A stretch of 64,000 bases of DNA, from positions 28,172-92,171 of the IMG/VR virus record IMGVR_UViG_3300017917_004176. One strand, written 5' to 3'. Positions 49,890-59,366 of the stretch are shown here, in pieces. Positions within the stretch are counted from its first letter, which is position 1. Each line of letters starts with the position of its first letter. The DNA is from a virus. The notes under the pieces were generated by a model, which did not search any database, was not told the origin of the DNA, and saw nothing but the letters and a program-made list of their open reading frames with translations. Both the position numbers and the translations under genes were made by a program.

Positions 49890-50934
49890 CGACTTTCAAC
49901 CCCCTTGGATTAGCAAGAGTTCCTGTTCCTTCACGAGGCCCAAGACCAAGCGCTAATTCTTGCTCTGGAGTTAAATTGCCTTTTTGATAAGGATCTAAAG
50001 TTGAGTAACCACCATAAACAGCACTTAACTCTTCAGTCCACCAAGCACCCCCATTAATAGGAGATCCAAATAACCAACCAGAACCGATAGTTGCCAAACG
50101 CCATCTTTCTGTAATAGCAGAGTTTGCTAAGCCACCATAATTTGGTTTTACTCTTCCATTAGGATCAATAGTTCTGCGCTGATAAAGTCTTTGCAATCTT
50201 TTTGCCTGTAAAAAGAAATTGTCTTTTGCCACAAGCAATTTTTGAATATGATTTGCCTGAGATGTAAATTGAAAATCTTTAGAAGAATATTTCATTCGAG
50301 TTAAATTTACTGTTGTAATTTGACGATTGAGCCACTCTACTAACATTAAATCCGCGAATATATTTATCTCTTCTATTGTTAAATCTACAAAAAACTTCCC
50401 ATATGAAACAACTGACCCATCTGCCGCAACCATACCAATGGCTTGCGTTGAGTAATCATATAATGCAAATTTTGGCCATTCAAACTGAGGTAATGCGTCC
50501 ATAAAAATAGACTCTAGGTTTTTAAAAGTGTCCTCTAGAGTCCATTCAAGATATAGATCATCAGTTACTTTGGATAAAAATCTACAATAGATTACATAAA
50601 AAGGGGTTCCAGGTTGTCTCACATAAGGAGTTTCAACAATTAAAACTTCACCTTCGTTATCTGTTGTTAATCTGAAAGCAGTGCCATCTGGAGACTCAAA
50701 CCAAATTCCAACATATTTTGGACTAGTTTGTTTTTCTGTGTCAACAGTATAGAGATTTCCATCATTATCCACTCTTAAACTCCAAATAGAATTTAATTGT
50801 ATAGACCGAACTCCTGTTGGGGGATTCGTTTCTGGAATTACTATTTCTTCAACAACGGCTTCTCCAGCATCACTAACAGAAACATTAAATAAAGTAAGGT
50901 CAGGTGATTTTAAGTTTAAACTCTTAATGATCAC
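49876..50934 (-). CDS. Putative head-tail adaptor with N- and C-terminal extensions
   Basis: Core TPFYVIYCRFLSKVTD...EEINIFADLMLVEWL...DFQFTSQANH; N-terminal SPD repeats. Confidence 0.6.
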   Translation of the reverse strand: MIIKSLNLKSPDLTLFNVSVSDAGEAVVEEIVIPETNPPTGVRSIQLNSIWSLRVDNDGNLYTVDTEKQTSPKYVGIWFESPDGTAFRLTTDNEGEVLIVETPYVRQPGTPFYVIYCRFLSKVTDDLYLEWTLEDTFKNLESIFMDALPQFEWPKFALYDYSTQAIGMVAADGSVVSYGKFFVDLTIEEINIFADLMLVEWLNRQITTVNLTRMKYSSKDFQFTSQANHIQKLLVAKDNFFLQAKRLQRLYQRRTIDPNGRVKPNYGGLANSAITERWRLATIGSGWLFGSPINGGAWWTEELSAVYGGYSTLDPYQKGNLTPEQELALGLGPREGTGTLANPRGLKVDAVD

Positions 50935-50953
50935 TATAATACCTCCTTTTTTA

Positions 50954-51577
50954 TTATTCTTCAGAAGGCTTTTGATTCTTTGGTTCTGAAGGTTTTAGTG
51001 CTTCAGCCTTTCTTTTTGGCTTAGATTCTGAAGTTTCGGTTTTTGGAGCTCCTGCTCTACGTTTAGGTGTAGGAGAAGCTTCTTTAGGTTGCTCGCTATT
51101 AGCTTCACGAATATTTTTAATATTCATGCGGAATAATTTATTAAAGAACTCCATTTTTTCTAAAGAATCAACTTCTACAATCGCAAAATGCTTAATCATA
51201 CTTGCTAGTCCTGTTGGACCAAATTCAAGAGCATCAAGAATTTGTTCTTGTGTTCCTGTTTTTACAAGACGACGAGCATCTTCTTCTGTATAAAGATATT
51301 CTGGGTCTAGTGGCAATTGTAGTGCCTCACGAACTTTATTATCTCTAATTTGAAGACGATTTGTTAAAAGAAATCTACCTCCAGGTGCATTTACTAATTG
51401 ATATAGTTCATGGAATGTTAAAATTTTTAACTCGCCTGGATTCCATCTTCGAGAAACTTGTGGATCATTTAATGCATATGCTGCACGACCTGCTCCAATA
51501 CACCATACTTTAACTTCTAAATCTGGAGTAATTTCTTCACCCAAAAAAGAATATGGATTTGCTTTAGTTATTGACAT
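50954..51577 (-). CDS. Hypothetical protein downstream of capsid gene
   Basis: 207 aa, DALEFGPTG, basic tail; own promoter. Confidence 0.65.
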   Translation of the reverse strand: MSITKANPYSFLGEEITPDLEVKVWCIGAGRAAYALNDPQVSRRWNPGELKILTFHELYQLVNAPGGRFLLTNRLQIRDNKVREALQLPLDPEYLYTEEDARRLVKTGTQEQILDALEFGPTGLASMIKHFAIVEVDSLEKMEFFNKLFRMNIKNIREANSEQPKEASPTPKRRAGAPKTETSESKPKRKAEALKPSEPKNQKPSEE

Positions 51578-51600
51578 TTTTAATATCCTCCTTTTACTCT

Positions 51601-51629
51601 ATTATATCATATTTTCAATAAAAAGTCAA
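51601..51629 (-). promoter_or_regulatory. Sigma-A-type promoter
   Basis: TTGACT-17-TATAAT with TG on minus strand. Confidence 0.75.
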
Positions 51630-51630
51630 C

Positions 51631-51667
51631 AAAAAAATGGGAGGGGAGCAGTGCTCCTCACTCCCAT
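51631..51667 (-). terminator. Terminator after major capsid gene
   Basis: ATGGGAG.GGAGCA/TGCTCC..CTCCCAT hairpin plus U run on minus strand. Confidence 0.75.
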
Positions 51668-51677
51668 AAATTTAAAA

Positions 51678-52811
51678 CTAGTTAATGATGTAAGAATAAG
51701 TGTATTCAGCTTCGCCTGCAACAGGAACAAAGATAGGTCCTGCAACATTAGGCCAGTCACTAAGAACACTGTTATTGTAAACTGTAATACCAGCATTTGT
51801 GATGATAGTTACGCCGAATTTTTTGAATACTTGAATTTCTTTTGACCAATCGCGGTTTTGGAATTCTTCAACAACTGCTTCGCCTTCAAATGCAACTTTA
51901 ACTGGTTTGTCTGGGCCAGCTGGGATAATCCAAGCATAACCTGCAGGTACAACAACAGCATCTGGTCCATTTGTTACGTTATAAAAAGATTGAGGAAGAA
52001 CTACGATGCGAGCACCATTATAGCGGCCAATGTAACCATTTTCACGCAACTCAGAACGATCAGCATCAGATACCCAGTAAGCATCTGGTTTAATGTTCAA
52101 TGCGAACATTTGAGAACAGAAGATTGTAGGTTCACCATAAGCACGAGTGATTCCAAGAAGAGCATTGAACTCTACTGGAGCCCAACCAGCAACATCAATA
52201 ATGTTGTTTTCTGGTAATTTATTAGTAATAGTACCAGCATAGTTAGCGATACCATTAGTAGCAAGAGCTACCATGTTACGCACTACTTCTTTGTATACTG
52301 CAATTTCAAGTCCTACATTGATAACGTCCATTAATTGAGCGAAATCAACAGTTCCTTCTAGGAATTCTTCAAGACCGATTTGAGCAGCACCACCGAATAC
52401 TTCAGTAGTAACGTTTACAACTTCAGCATCCATTTTGAATGCTTCGTATACACCACCAGCAGAAGCACGTGTAACAAATGTACGTCCACGTAGAGCTGAT
52501 TGACGACGTTTGAAGTAAGGTTTGTCACCATGAGCAAAAGTTTTGATTTCTGCGAATTCTTTCATGTTGTCGTAAACATTTTTTGGAAGAACTAGTTCAA
52601 CAACTTCTTCAATCAATTCGAATAAAATATTTTTATTTTTACGATAAGAAGCATAGTCACCAACTAATTCTTTTAATTCTGCACGAAGTGCGTCGTTTAA
52701 TTGATCATATGTGAATTTACGTTCGCCATAAGAATAAGCAACAGGAGCTTGTTTATCAGCTTGAGCAACTGTAACCATAAGCTCTTTTAATTGTTCTTTA
52801 TTTAAAGCCAT
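51678..52811 (-). CDS. Major capsid protein
   Basis: 377 aa, highly biased codons, strong RBS, GRYNGARIVVLPQ, KPVKVAFEG; position after protease/scaffold. Confidence 0.85.
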   Translation of the reverse strand: MALNKEQLKELMVTVAQADKQAPVAYSYGERKFTYDQLNDALRAELKELVGDYASYRKNKNILFELIEEVVELVLPKNVYDNMKEFAEIKTFAHGDKPYFKRRQSALRGRTFVTRASAGGVYEAFKMDAEVVNVTTEVFGGAAQIGLEEFLEGTVDFAQLMDVINVGLEIAVYKEVVRNMVALATNGIANYAGTITNKLPENNIIDVAGWAPVEFNALLGITRAYGEPTIFCSQMFALNIKPDAYWVSDADRSELRENGYIGRYNGARIVVLPQSFYNVTNGPDAVVVPAGYAWIIPAGPDKPVKVAFEGEAVVEEFQNRDWSKEIQVFKKFGVTIITNAGITVYNNSVLSDWPNVAGPIFVPVAGEAEYTYSYIIN

Positions 52812-52851
52812 TTATTTTTCCTCCTTGAATTATTATAAGGTTATAAGCTCA

Positions 52852-53460
52852 TTAAGCTTGAATACATTGAAGTTTTAAAGCTGGTTGTAGATCTGGAGTT
52901 GTAGTGATAGCAGCAACGCGATACAATAAAACTTGATCAGTTACAGTAGCAATTTTTACTAATACTCCATCTGCGCCAGGAGTTAAAACATTACCCACAG
53001 CATAATCGCCGATAACACCTGTTCCTTCAGCAGCTACTAGGTTAGTAGTGATGATATCTCCAACTTCTGGTTTGTAAAGACGAGGGAATACAGTGCTTGT
53101 AACATCTGCAGTTACTGGATTTTGGTAAGCGCCTTCTGGAGCAAGACCAATGTTAGTTGCAGCTCCACTTGGGAACAATGCAAAGTCTTTGTTAGTTAAG
53201 AAGTCAGCATAAAGACGAACTTCATTAAATACTAACATAGTTAATTTAGATCCACCTGCTTCTGGAAGAGCTACTTCAGATACTCCTCCAATTCCATAGT
53301 TGTAATCTAAGAATAATCCATTTTCTACACGTCCGCCAAGAGTTGTTAGATCAGCAACATTTACTGGAAGCTGAGCAAATACTTGACCTGTACGTTGAGC
53401 TGATAAATGATTTGGTTCTAATTGACCGAATCCACTTTTCGCTAATTTAGTGATAGCCAT
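52852..53460 (-). CDS. Capsid decoration/minor capsid protein
   Basis: GQLEPNHLSAQRTGQVFAQLP; leader nearly identical to capsid leader; biased codons. Confidence 0.65.
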   Translation of the reverse strand: MAITKLAKSGFGQLEPNHLSAQRTGQVFAQLPVNVADLTTLGGRVENGLFLDYNYGIGGVSEVALPEAGGSKLTMLVFNEVRLYADFLTNKDFALFPSGAATNIGLAPEGAYQNPVTADVTSTVFPRLYKPEVGDIITTNLVAAEGTGVIGDYAVGNVLTPGADGVLVKIATVTDQVLLYRVAAITTTPDLQPALKLQCIQA

Positions 53461-53540
53461 TAATTTTTCCTCCTTGAAATTTTAAAGTCTTTCGATAATA
53501 TTATAAAACAAGAAATAGAGATTAATCAATATTGACCCAA

Positions 53541-55481
53541 CTACTTCTTAGTTTTTTCTAATGCCGCAATCCAGCTAGGTGCACTGCTTGTTTCGATAAA
53601 CGAATAAGTAGCAACACTTTCTTCTTTCTTAGTAGAGCGAAGAGCTTCAACTGCAAGTTTTCCTTCTAGTTGCTCAAAAGAATAAGAATCTAGTTTTGAT
53701 TTAATGTCATTTAAAAAGTCTTCGTTTAAAGAACTGAACTTTTCAACAAGCGCCATTTTCTCTTTCTTTTCCATTTCTGCTAGAGCAGCTTTTGCAGCCT
53801 CAAGTTCCATTTTTAAAGTAGAAGCTTCTTCAATTTTATATTGAAGGTCTTCACGAACTTTTTTCAATTCTGCTTCAGCATCTACTCGAGGAGCTTCTTC
53901 TTTGCCCATTACTGGAGCATAAGTTTCTTCCGCCTCAACTGCAGATTTTGTAGTGCCCTGAGCATCAACTAGATGTTTAAGCATAGATTTAATTTCGTCT
54001 AAAACAGAAGCTTCTTTTTCTTCTTCTTTTTTGTCTTCTACTTCAATAACTTTTTCAGCCATATCTGTTTCAGCTTCTTTTTCTTCTTCTTCAGACTCAA
54101 CCTCGTCTAATTCTTCTTCTTCTTTTTCTTCAACTTCTGCAAACAATTCTTTTTCCTCTTGCATTAAAACCAATTCCTCCTTCTGAGTATAATTTTGTAA
54201 CTCAGGATCAGATATAAGCGGCGTATCTTTTTCCGCTTTCATCGCATCAAGGATCTTATTGAGTTCTGTGATTATTAAATCTAAATCATCAGTAGATTCA
54301 ATGTCTTTATTATCCTCAAACTGATCTGCCATGTTACTCAATTTTTTAATTTCGTCCTTTAGTTTAGTGACGAGTTCGGAGGTAGCTGAGTAGTTTTTCA
54401 CTTTACGTGCCTCCCTCTTTTTAATCTCTTCTTTAACTAAATCCTTCATATAGGCTTGACCCCTAGAGCCAACAGCCAACCATTTTATTTGAGCTATTAC
54501 TCCAGCTATTCTAAAGTCGCCTTTATGACGAGCAACCCAAGCTTCACGAAGTTTGATAGCATCTTTTAATGTAGGAGTAAGCTCATCTTCAGCTTTTCCG
54601 ACGGCTTTAATTAATTTTCGATATTGACTATTGCCACGAATGTTTCCGCCCAAGTTCCAGATTTCTGGATACTTTTCTTTAATCATTGCAGCAAAATCAG
54701 GATCAAAAACTTGCCATTCAGAATTTCTTAAAGTGATTGCTTTGTCATCTCCCTTTTTAGGAAAGTCTGTTTTCTTTGGTTTGTACTCAACCAAGGCTTG
54801 CTCTAATTCAAAAACAAGCTGCTTCACTTCTTTATCAAACTCTTGTTTTCTTTCTTCATTTTTCAATAAAGAATAAAGAACAGGATCTTGATTTTTAAAT
54901 GAGGCTCCTTCAAAGGCTGGTTCAACAGATTCGCCAAGAACGCAGAGCGCTGAGAAATGCGCTTCCTCTACAATAAAATATTCTGGCCCCTTCTTATCTA
55001 ATTGCGCCCATTTGCCCTTGATAGTAACTGGGTCTAGTTCCATAGATTGATTATTTTTGCCTCGCTCAACCATCTTTTTGGCTTCTGGGTATCGTCCAGT
55101 CCAAATATAGGCTTCGCTGCAAAGATAATCTCTCTCAGTCTTTCCATTATCCAAAAAGGTTTCCCACCAAATTTTTGCATTTGATGGAACAACTCCAATT
55201 GGAATTGTTTTTCTGACAGTTTTTACATTTCCACGATCATCAATTCGTGTTTCCTGACCATGCCCCAGAAAATCATTTTCATATTCGTCCCATTCTCCAA
55301 CAATAGGAGTATTAGGAAGCGATTTTGCCATTTCCTCAATAACCTCTTTTGAAAAATAAGATGAGTTTCTATTTTTTCCTGAGTACATAATTTTAACTGT
55401 CATTTTTGAAATTAGGGGATTGATTGCATCAACTTCTACAAATTGCACTGGCATTTTTAAAGAAACGCTTTTATTATTCAT
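53541..55481 (-). CDS. Prohead protease-scaffold fusion with inserted domain
   Basis: GKNRNSSYF, FLGHG, QSMEL, ALCVLGESVEPAFEGA, then acidic coiled coil. Confidence 0.8.
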   Translation of the reverse strand: MNNKSVSLKMPVQFVEVDAINPLISKMTVKIMYSGKNRNSSYFSKEVIEEMAKSLPNTPIVGEWDEYENDFLGHGQETRIDDRGNVKTVRKTIPIGVVPSNAKIWWETFLDNGKTERDYLCSEAYIWTGRYPEAKKMVERGKNNQSMELDPVTIKGKWAQLDKKGPEYFIVEEAHFSALCVLGESVEPAFEGASFKNQDPVLYSLLKNEERKQEFDKEVKQLVFELEQALVEYKPKKTDFPKKGDDKAITLRNSEWQVFDPDFAAMIKEKYPEIWNLGGNIRGNSQYRKLIKAVGKAEDELTPTLKDAIKLREAWVARHKGDFRIAGVIAQIKWLAVGSRGQAYMKDLVKEEIKKREARKVKNYSATSELVTKLKDEIKKLSNMADQFEDNKDIESTDDLDLIITELNKILDAMKAEKDTPLISDPELQNYTQKEELVLMQEEKELFAEVEEKEEEELDEVESEEEEKEAETDMAEKVIEVEDKKEEEKEASVLDEIKSMLKHLVDAQGTTKSAVEAEETYAPVMGKEEAPRVDAEAELKKVREDLQYKIEEASTLKMELEAAKAALAEMEKKEKMALVEKFSSLNEDFLNDIKSKLDSYSFEQLEGKLAVEALRSTKKEESVATYSFIETSSAPSWIAALEKTKK

Positions 55482-55483
55482 CC

Positions 55484-57013
55484 CTAACCTCCCGACGCTT
55501 CATTGGCCAAAGTTTTATCTGACTTTTGATCATCTGGTAATTCTGGTCGCCCAGCCCCATCCAATGATCCACTTTTTGAAGACATAGTTGACGCCATTTT
55601 AACTGGCTCCATTTTATCTCCTAAATTTAGAATGTCGTTTTCAAATAAAAGTGTCGCCATAAGATTTGCTTGACTTTGACCAAGTGCTAATGCAGGAAGT
55701 ACTTTTGAATACCCCAATGAAGCTTGTTCTTTATAAAGTTTAGCAACTTCATTTCTATTATGTTGAGTTATACGTGGGAACCAACAAGAGAAACGATATT
55801 TTCCATCTATAGGATTAAATCGAATTTCAAGTTGTTTATTTAACCACTCTTGATATTGAAGAATTAAACTCATCATAATTGATTCATCATTAGCAACTGA
55901 TTTTTCTAAAGCCAAGTTTCCTTCTGTGGCAAATAGTTGTTGAGAAACCCCAAGCTCGTTATACAAAGCTTTTTCCCATCGCTCAGAATCTGTAGCATTT
56001 CTATTTCTATCTTCAAGATCTAATAATTGAGAATCTGCAAAAGTAGTTAAAACATCTACATTCATTGCGCGAGCTAGCATACCTACTGCATTATTATGCA
56101 TTGCTTTTGCTTCTTCCATGTCAAAAATAAAATCACCATTTTTATCTAGTGGAATTTTTTGAATCATGATTTTTAGAAGTTGTTGCTCGGCTTTCTTTTT
56201 ACTTACTGCTTGTAGATCATCAAGATCTAATATTTGAGGAATGGCACTTGTAAAAATACCAGTCTCATCATCGTTTAGTCTAAATCTCATTGTGTAATTT
56301 GGATCTAGTTTAACCCAAACACCAAGGTCTTTAGATGTTATTCTTTTGTCATTTCCTTCTTTATATTGAAGATATGCATCAATAATTTCTGCAGGCATTG
56401 ATTTTAAAACATTCATTCTGATTTCTGGATTTGAATACATAATGTCAAAAAAGAATAGATTAAATTCAATAACAGGCAGTCCGTTTATTTTATAAATACT
56501 TCGACAATAATCTGGTGGCAATTCTTGAATCATAGTGTTATTACCACTTTGTCTTAAGTATCCATAAAAAACGCCATCAACTAAAACACGAGTTGAAATT
56601 TCACCAAGTCTAGATTTTAAATTTAAAGACTCTAAAAATTTTAATGCTCGAGAAAAATCAGAAAGCAATCTTTCTTTACGAACATCATCTGAGTCAATGT
56701 ATGGAGTTAATAAATAATCATAGCTTGGTAGGTTTGCCATATATCTAACTACACGACTATAAATACCACTCGCAGAAAAAAAGTGTCGGCTTATAGCACG
56801 AATACTTCTTATTTCTCTCAATTCTATTGCACGAACAATTTGTCGCTTAGCAAATATAGTACGACCCATTGCACGATAGTTTCCTATGTCGGCTGAATTT
56901 TCTGAGATATTTAATCCGCCGTTTCGTTGATAGGCATAGTTTAATTCTCTAGTACTAAGCTCTGTTAGTCTATCTCGTTGTTGAAAATTAGAATTAACAT
57001 TTCGCTTCTTAAT
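55484..57013 (-). CDS. Portal protein
   Basis: About 510 aa between terminase and protease; QELPPDYCRS, ELGVSQQLF. Start uncertain (ATT 57013 vs TTG 57055). Confidence 0.8.
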   Translation of the reverse strand: MKKRNVNSNFQQRDRLTELSTRELNYAYQRNGGLNISENSADIGNYRAMGRTIFAKRQIVRAIELREIRSIRAISRHFFSASGIYSRVVRYMANLPSYDYLLTPYIDSDDVRKERLLSDFSRALKFLESLNLKSRLGEISTRVLVDGVFYGYLRQSGNNTMIQELPPDYCRSIYKINGLPVIEFNLFFFDIMYSNPEIRMNVLKSMPAEIIDAYLQYKEGNDKRITSKDLGVWVKLDPNYTMRFRLNDDETGIFTSAIPQILDLDDLQAVSKKKAEQQLLKIMIQKIPLDKNGDFIFDMEEAKAMHNNAVGMLARAMNVDVLTTFADSQLLDLEDRNRNATDSERWEKALYNELGVSQQLFATEGNLALEKSVANDESIMMSLILQYQEWLNKQLEIRFNPIDGKYRFSCWFPRITQHNRNEVAKLYKEQASLGYSKVLPALALGQSQANLMATLLFENDILNLGDKMEPVKMASTMSSKSGSLDGAGRPELPDDQKSDKTLANEASGG

Positions 57014-57074
57014 AACGAACACCTCCTCTAGTATACTTATAATTAGACAGGTCAAAATTGTATAATTTTAACCA

Positions 57075-57470
57075 CTATATTCCAGCTTTTTGAAATATAT
57101 ATTCTAAATCGAATAAATCATAATCATAGTATGGAATTATTACCAATGGAATTCCTTTGCGTGCACAATATCTTAATTTTAAATTATCATTATATTTTTG
57201 TTGTGCCAGCTTTTTTCCGCCGCCATAAGCATTAATAGAAGTATAGTGCTGTTCACCATTATACTCTATTAAAAAATCTAGCTCACCATCATCATCAAAA
57301 ACCGCAAAGTCAAAACGCAATGGCTTACCAGAAGATGAGACAAGATCAGGAAATTCATATTGTTGCTCGAAAATTAATCCTGAGTTTTGTAAAATTTCCT
57401 TGACCTTTATTTCGCCTCGTGACATTGGGGCCTTAAAAGCTCCTTGGGTGCTGCTTGTTCCCTCCGTCAT
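57075..57470 (-). CDS. PD-(D/E)XK / Vsr-like endonuclease
   Basis: SRGE, LRFDF, IEYNGEQHY, DNLKLRYC, IPYY. Confidence 0.75.
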   Translation of the reverse strand: MTEGTSSTQGAFKAPMSRGEIKVKEILQNSGLIFEQQYEFPDLVSSSGKPLRFDFAVFDDDGELDFLIEYNGEQHYTSINAYGGGKKLAQQKYNDNLKLRYCARKGIPLVIIPYYDYDLFDLEYIFQKAGI

Positions 57471-57624
57471 GTTGATCTTCCTCTCTTATTAATTCAAGCT
57501 CAAATAACAAGCCTATAAAAATATCTGTGATATCTTGCACTTCTTCTTCGGTTGGCGCGTATCCTAGCTCAACCAAGACATTGAAAACATATTCATCAAT
57601 TTGCTCATTAGTTAAATATTGCAC
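57433..57624 (-). CDS. YozD-like small acidic protein
   Basis: LVELGYAPTEEEVQDITDI resembles Bacillus YozD (recall). Confidence 0.55.
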   Translation of the reverse strand: MQYLTNEQIDEYVFNVLVELGYAPTEEEVQDITDIFIGLLFELELIREEDQHDGGNKQHPRSF

Positions 57625-57635
57625 GCCAATTCCTC

Positions 57636-59366
57636 CTATGAATAAAACATAAAATCGGAGGCTCTGTATTTGCCCCTCTTTTTCTTTTCAGAATCCTCAA
57701 GTATTTTTATATAATATAGACCATATTCAAAGGCTGAAAATTTATCTTTTGGAATTTTATTGTTTGCTTTTTCTAAGACCACGTTTTTGCCATCGCGTTT
57801 TTCGCGTAGGTTCATCATCTCTTCTTTAAGAATCGAGGTTAGAACAAAAGGTCTTAAATAATCTTGGCGTGCCTCGGGAGTCATATCTTGGCCCACTCGG
57901 GTCGCCATTAATTTTGCTTTTGCATTTCGCTCATCTATTAAGAATTTAATTTTACCCGAGCTTATTTGCGTTACAACATTAACATGAGCCTCATTGTTTA
58001 TTTCGGCATTTGCTTTAATTAAGTATAAAACATTTTGCTCAACTTTACCTTCTTTTTGATAGCGTCGATAATTTCCATTATCGTCGTTAATAACACCAAG
58101 CGCCGCATATTCTTCATTTGTTTTTTTGTCAGTATTTGGCATAATCAAGTAGTCTACTAATCCCGCTCCAAGACCATTAGCGTCTATAGCTATTGCCTTT
58201 GGAAGATATTTATAATAAAGTTTTTTAATAAAAATAGATTGAACTTCAAAATGTTCGTTCTCGATAGTAAATACATTTACTAAAGATTTTAAAGCTATTC
58301 CTTGTGGTTGTGGATTTACTTTAAAAACCATTACAACCGACTGAGCGCCTTGACGCCCAACGTCTATACCAAAAATATAATAGTGGCTTGTATTTCCTCG
58401 GCCACTCCATTCTTCTTCGGCTTGATTGAGAACTCGATATTTATCAAATTGGTCTGCGCTAAAGAATGCATCGTCCATCGAGCCAGACCATAAGCTTTCA
58501 TATTCTCGGCCGAATGAAGCTTCGTTAAAAGTTCCATCTTGACGCATATCTGATACGAAGCCTTTATCTAGTAGACTATGACGCACAGGGATTCTCCAAG
58601 TACCTCCAAATACAAATGCCTGGCCTGGCCTCATTATCTGCCAGAGCAAAAGCTGTAATTGTTTCTGATAGGCAAATGAATCTCGAAAGCCCGCAGTAGT
58701 TACATAAATTTGAGATTTATTTAAAGTCTCATTTGGATCGACCTCACCATTAGCGGCTCGTCTCGAGATATTCATCAGTGGTAAAATAACTGTGTTGAGC
58801 TTTTCGCCATCTACAAGAATAACTTCCTCGATTAGTCCCCCGTGCCTACGACCTCCACGAGTAGATTCACGCACAGCTACGATATCAAGTCGCGACCCAT
58901 TTTTAAATTGGAGGCGCACATAGTCTTTCGTAAACTGGGTCTTACCAGGGCGCCAGTCTATTTCTTTATTGAGCGCCGGAAATATATCGAGCAACTCTTC
59001 TATCTTTTCTTTTGCGATATTTGCAGCCTGCTCTTTACCACCAGACGCGATAAATAATCTTGCGCCTGGATAAAGTATTGCGCGAATGACCAAAACCAAA
59101 ACTGAAAGAAAGGATTTTGAGAAAGCACGAGTAAAAGTTGCATAAACATATTTATATCTCATTGCTACTCGCAAAAACATTCTTTGATAAAAGAATAGTC
59201 TAAAAGTAGATGAAGCGGGAGTTATCATATCTACAAAGATATCTGGGTACTCGCGCCAAAATGAAATCCATTTTTTAAACTCTGGTATTTGAGCGCGTAC
59301 TCGTTCTTCGGATAGCCCGACTTTTTTCTTTGGTTCTAATTTCTGTAAAATATCACTTAGTGCCAT
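57636..59366 (-). CDS. Terminase large subunit
   Basis: Deviant Walker A TRAFSKSF, RGGRRHGGLIEE, YVTTAG, GIDVGR, IDANGLG, KDKFSA. Confidence 0.9.
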   Translation of the reverse strand: MALSDILQKLEPKKKVGLSEERVRAQIPEFKKWISFWREYPDIFVDMITPASSTFRLFFYQRMFLRVAMRYKYVYATFTRAFSKSFLSVLVLVIRAILYPGARLFIASGGKEQAANIAKEKIEELLDIFPALNKEIDWRPGKTQFTKDYVRLQFKNGSRLDIVAVRESTRGGRRHGGLIEEVILVDGEKLNTVILPLMNISRRAANGEVDPNETLNKSQIYVTTAGFRDSFAYQKQLQLLLWQIMRPGQAFVFGGTWRIPVRHSLLDKGFVSDMRQDGTFNEASFGREYESLWSGSMDDAFFSADQFDKYRVLNQAEEEWSGRGNTSHYYIFGIDVGRQGAQSVVMVFKVNPQPQGIALKSLVNVFTIENEHFEVQSIFIKKLYYKYLPKAIAIDANGLGAGLVDYLIMPNTDKKTNEEYAALGVINDDNGNYRRYQKEGKVEQNVLYLIKANAEINNEAHVNVVTQISSGKIKFLIDERNAKAKLMATRVGQDMTPEARQDYLRPFVLTSILKEEMMNLREKRDGKNVVLEKANNKIPKDKFSAFEYGLYYIKILEDSEKKKRGKYRASDFMFYS

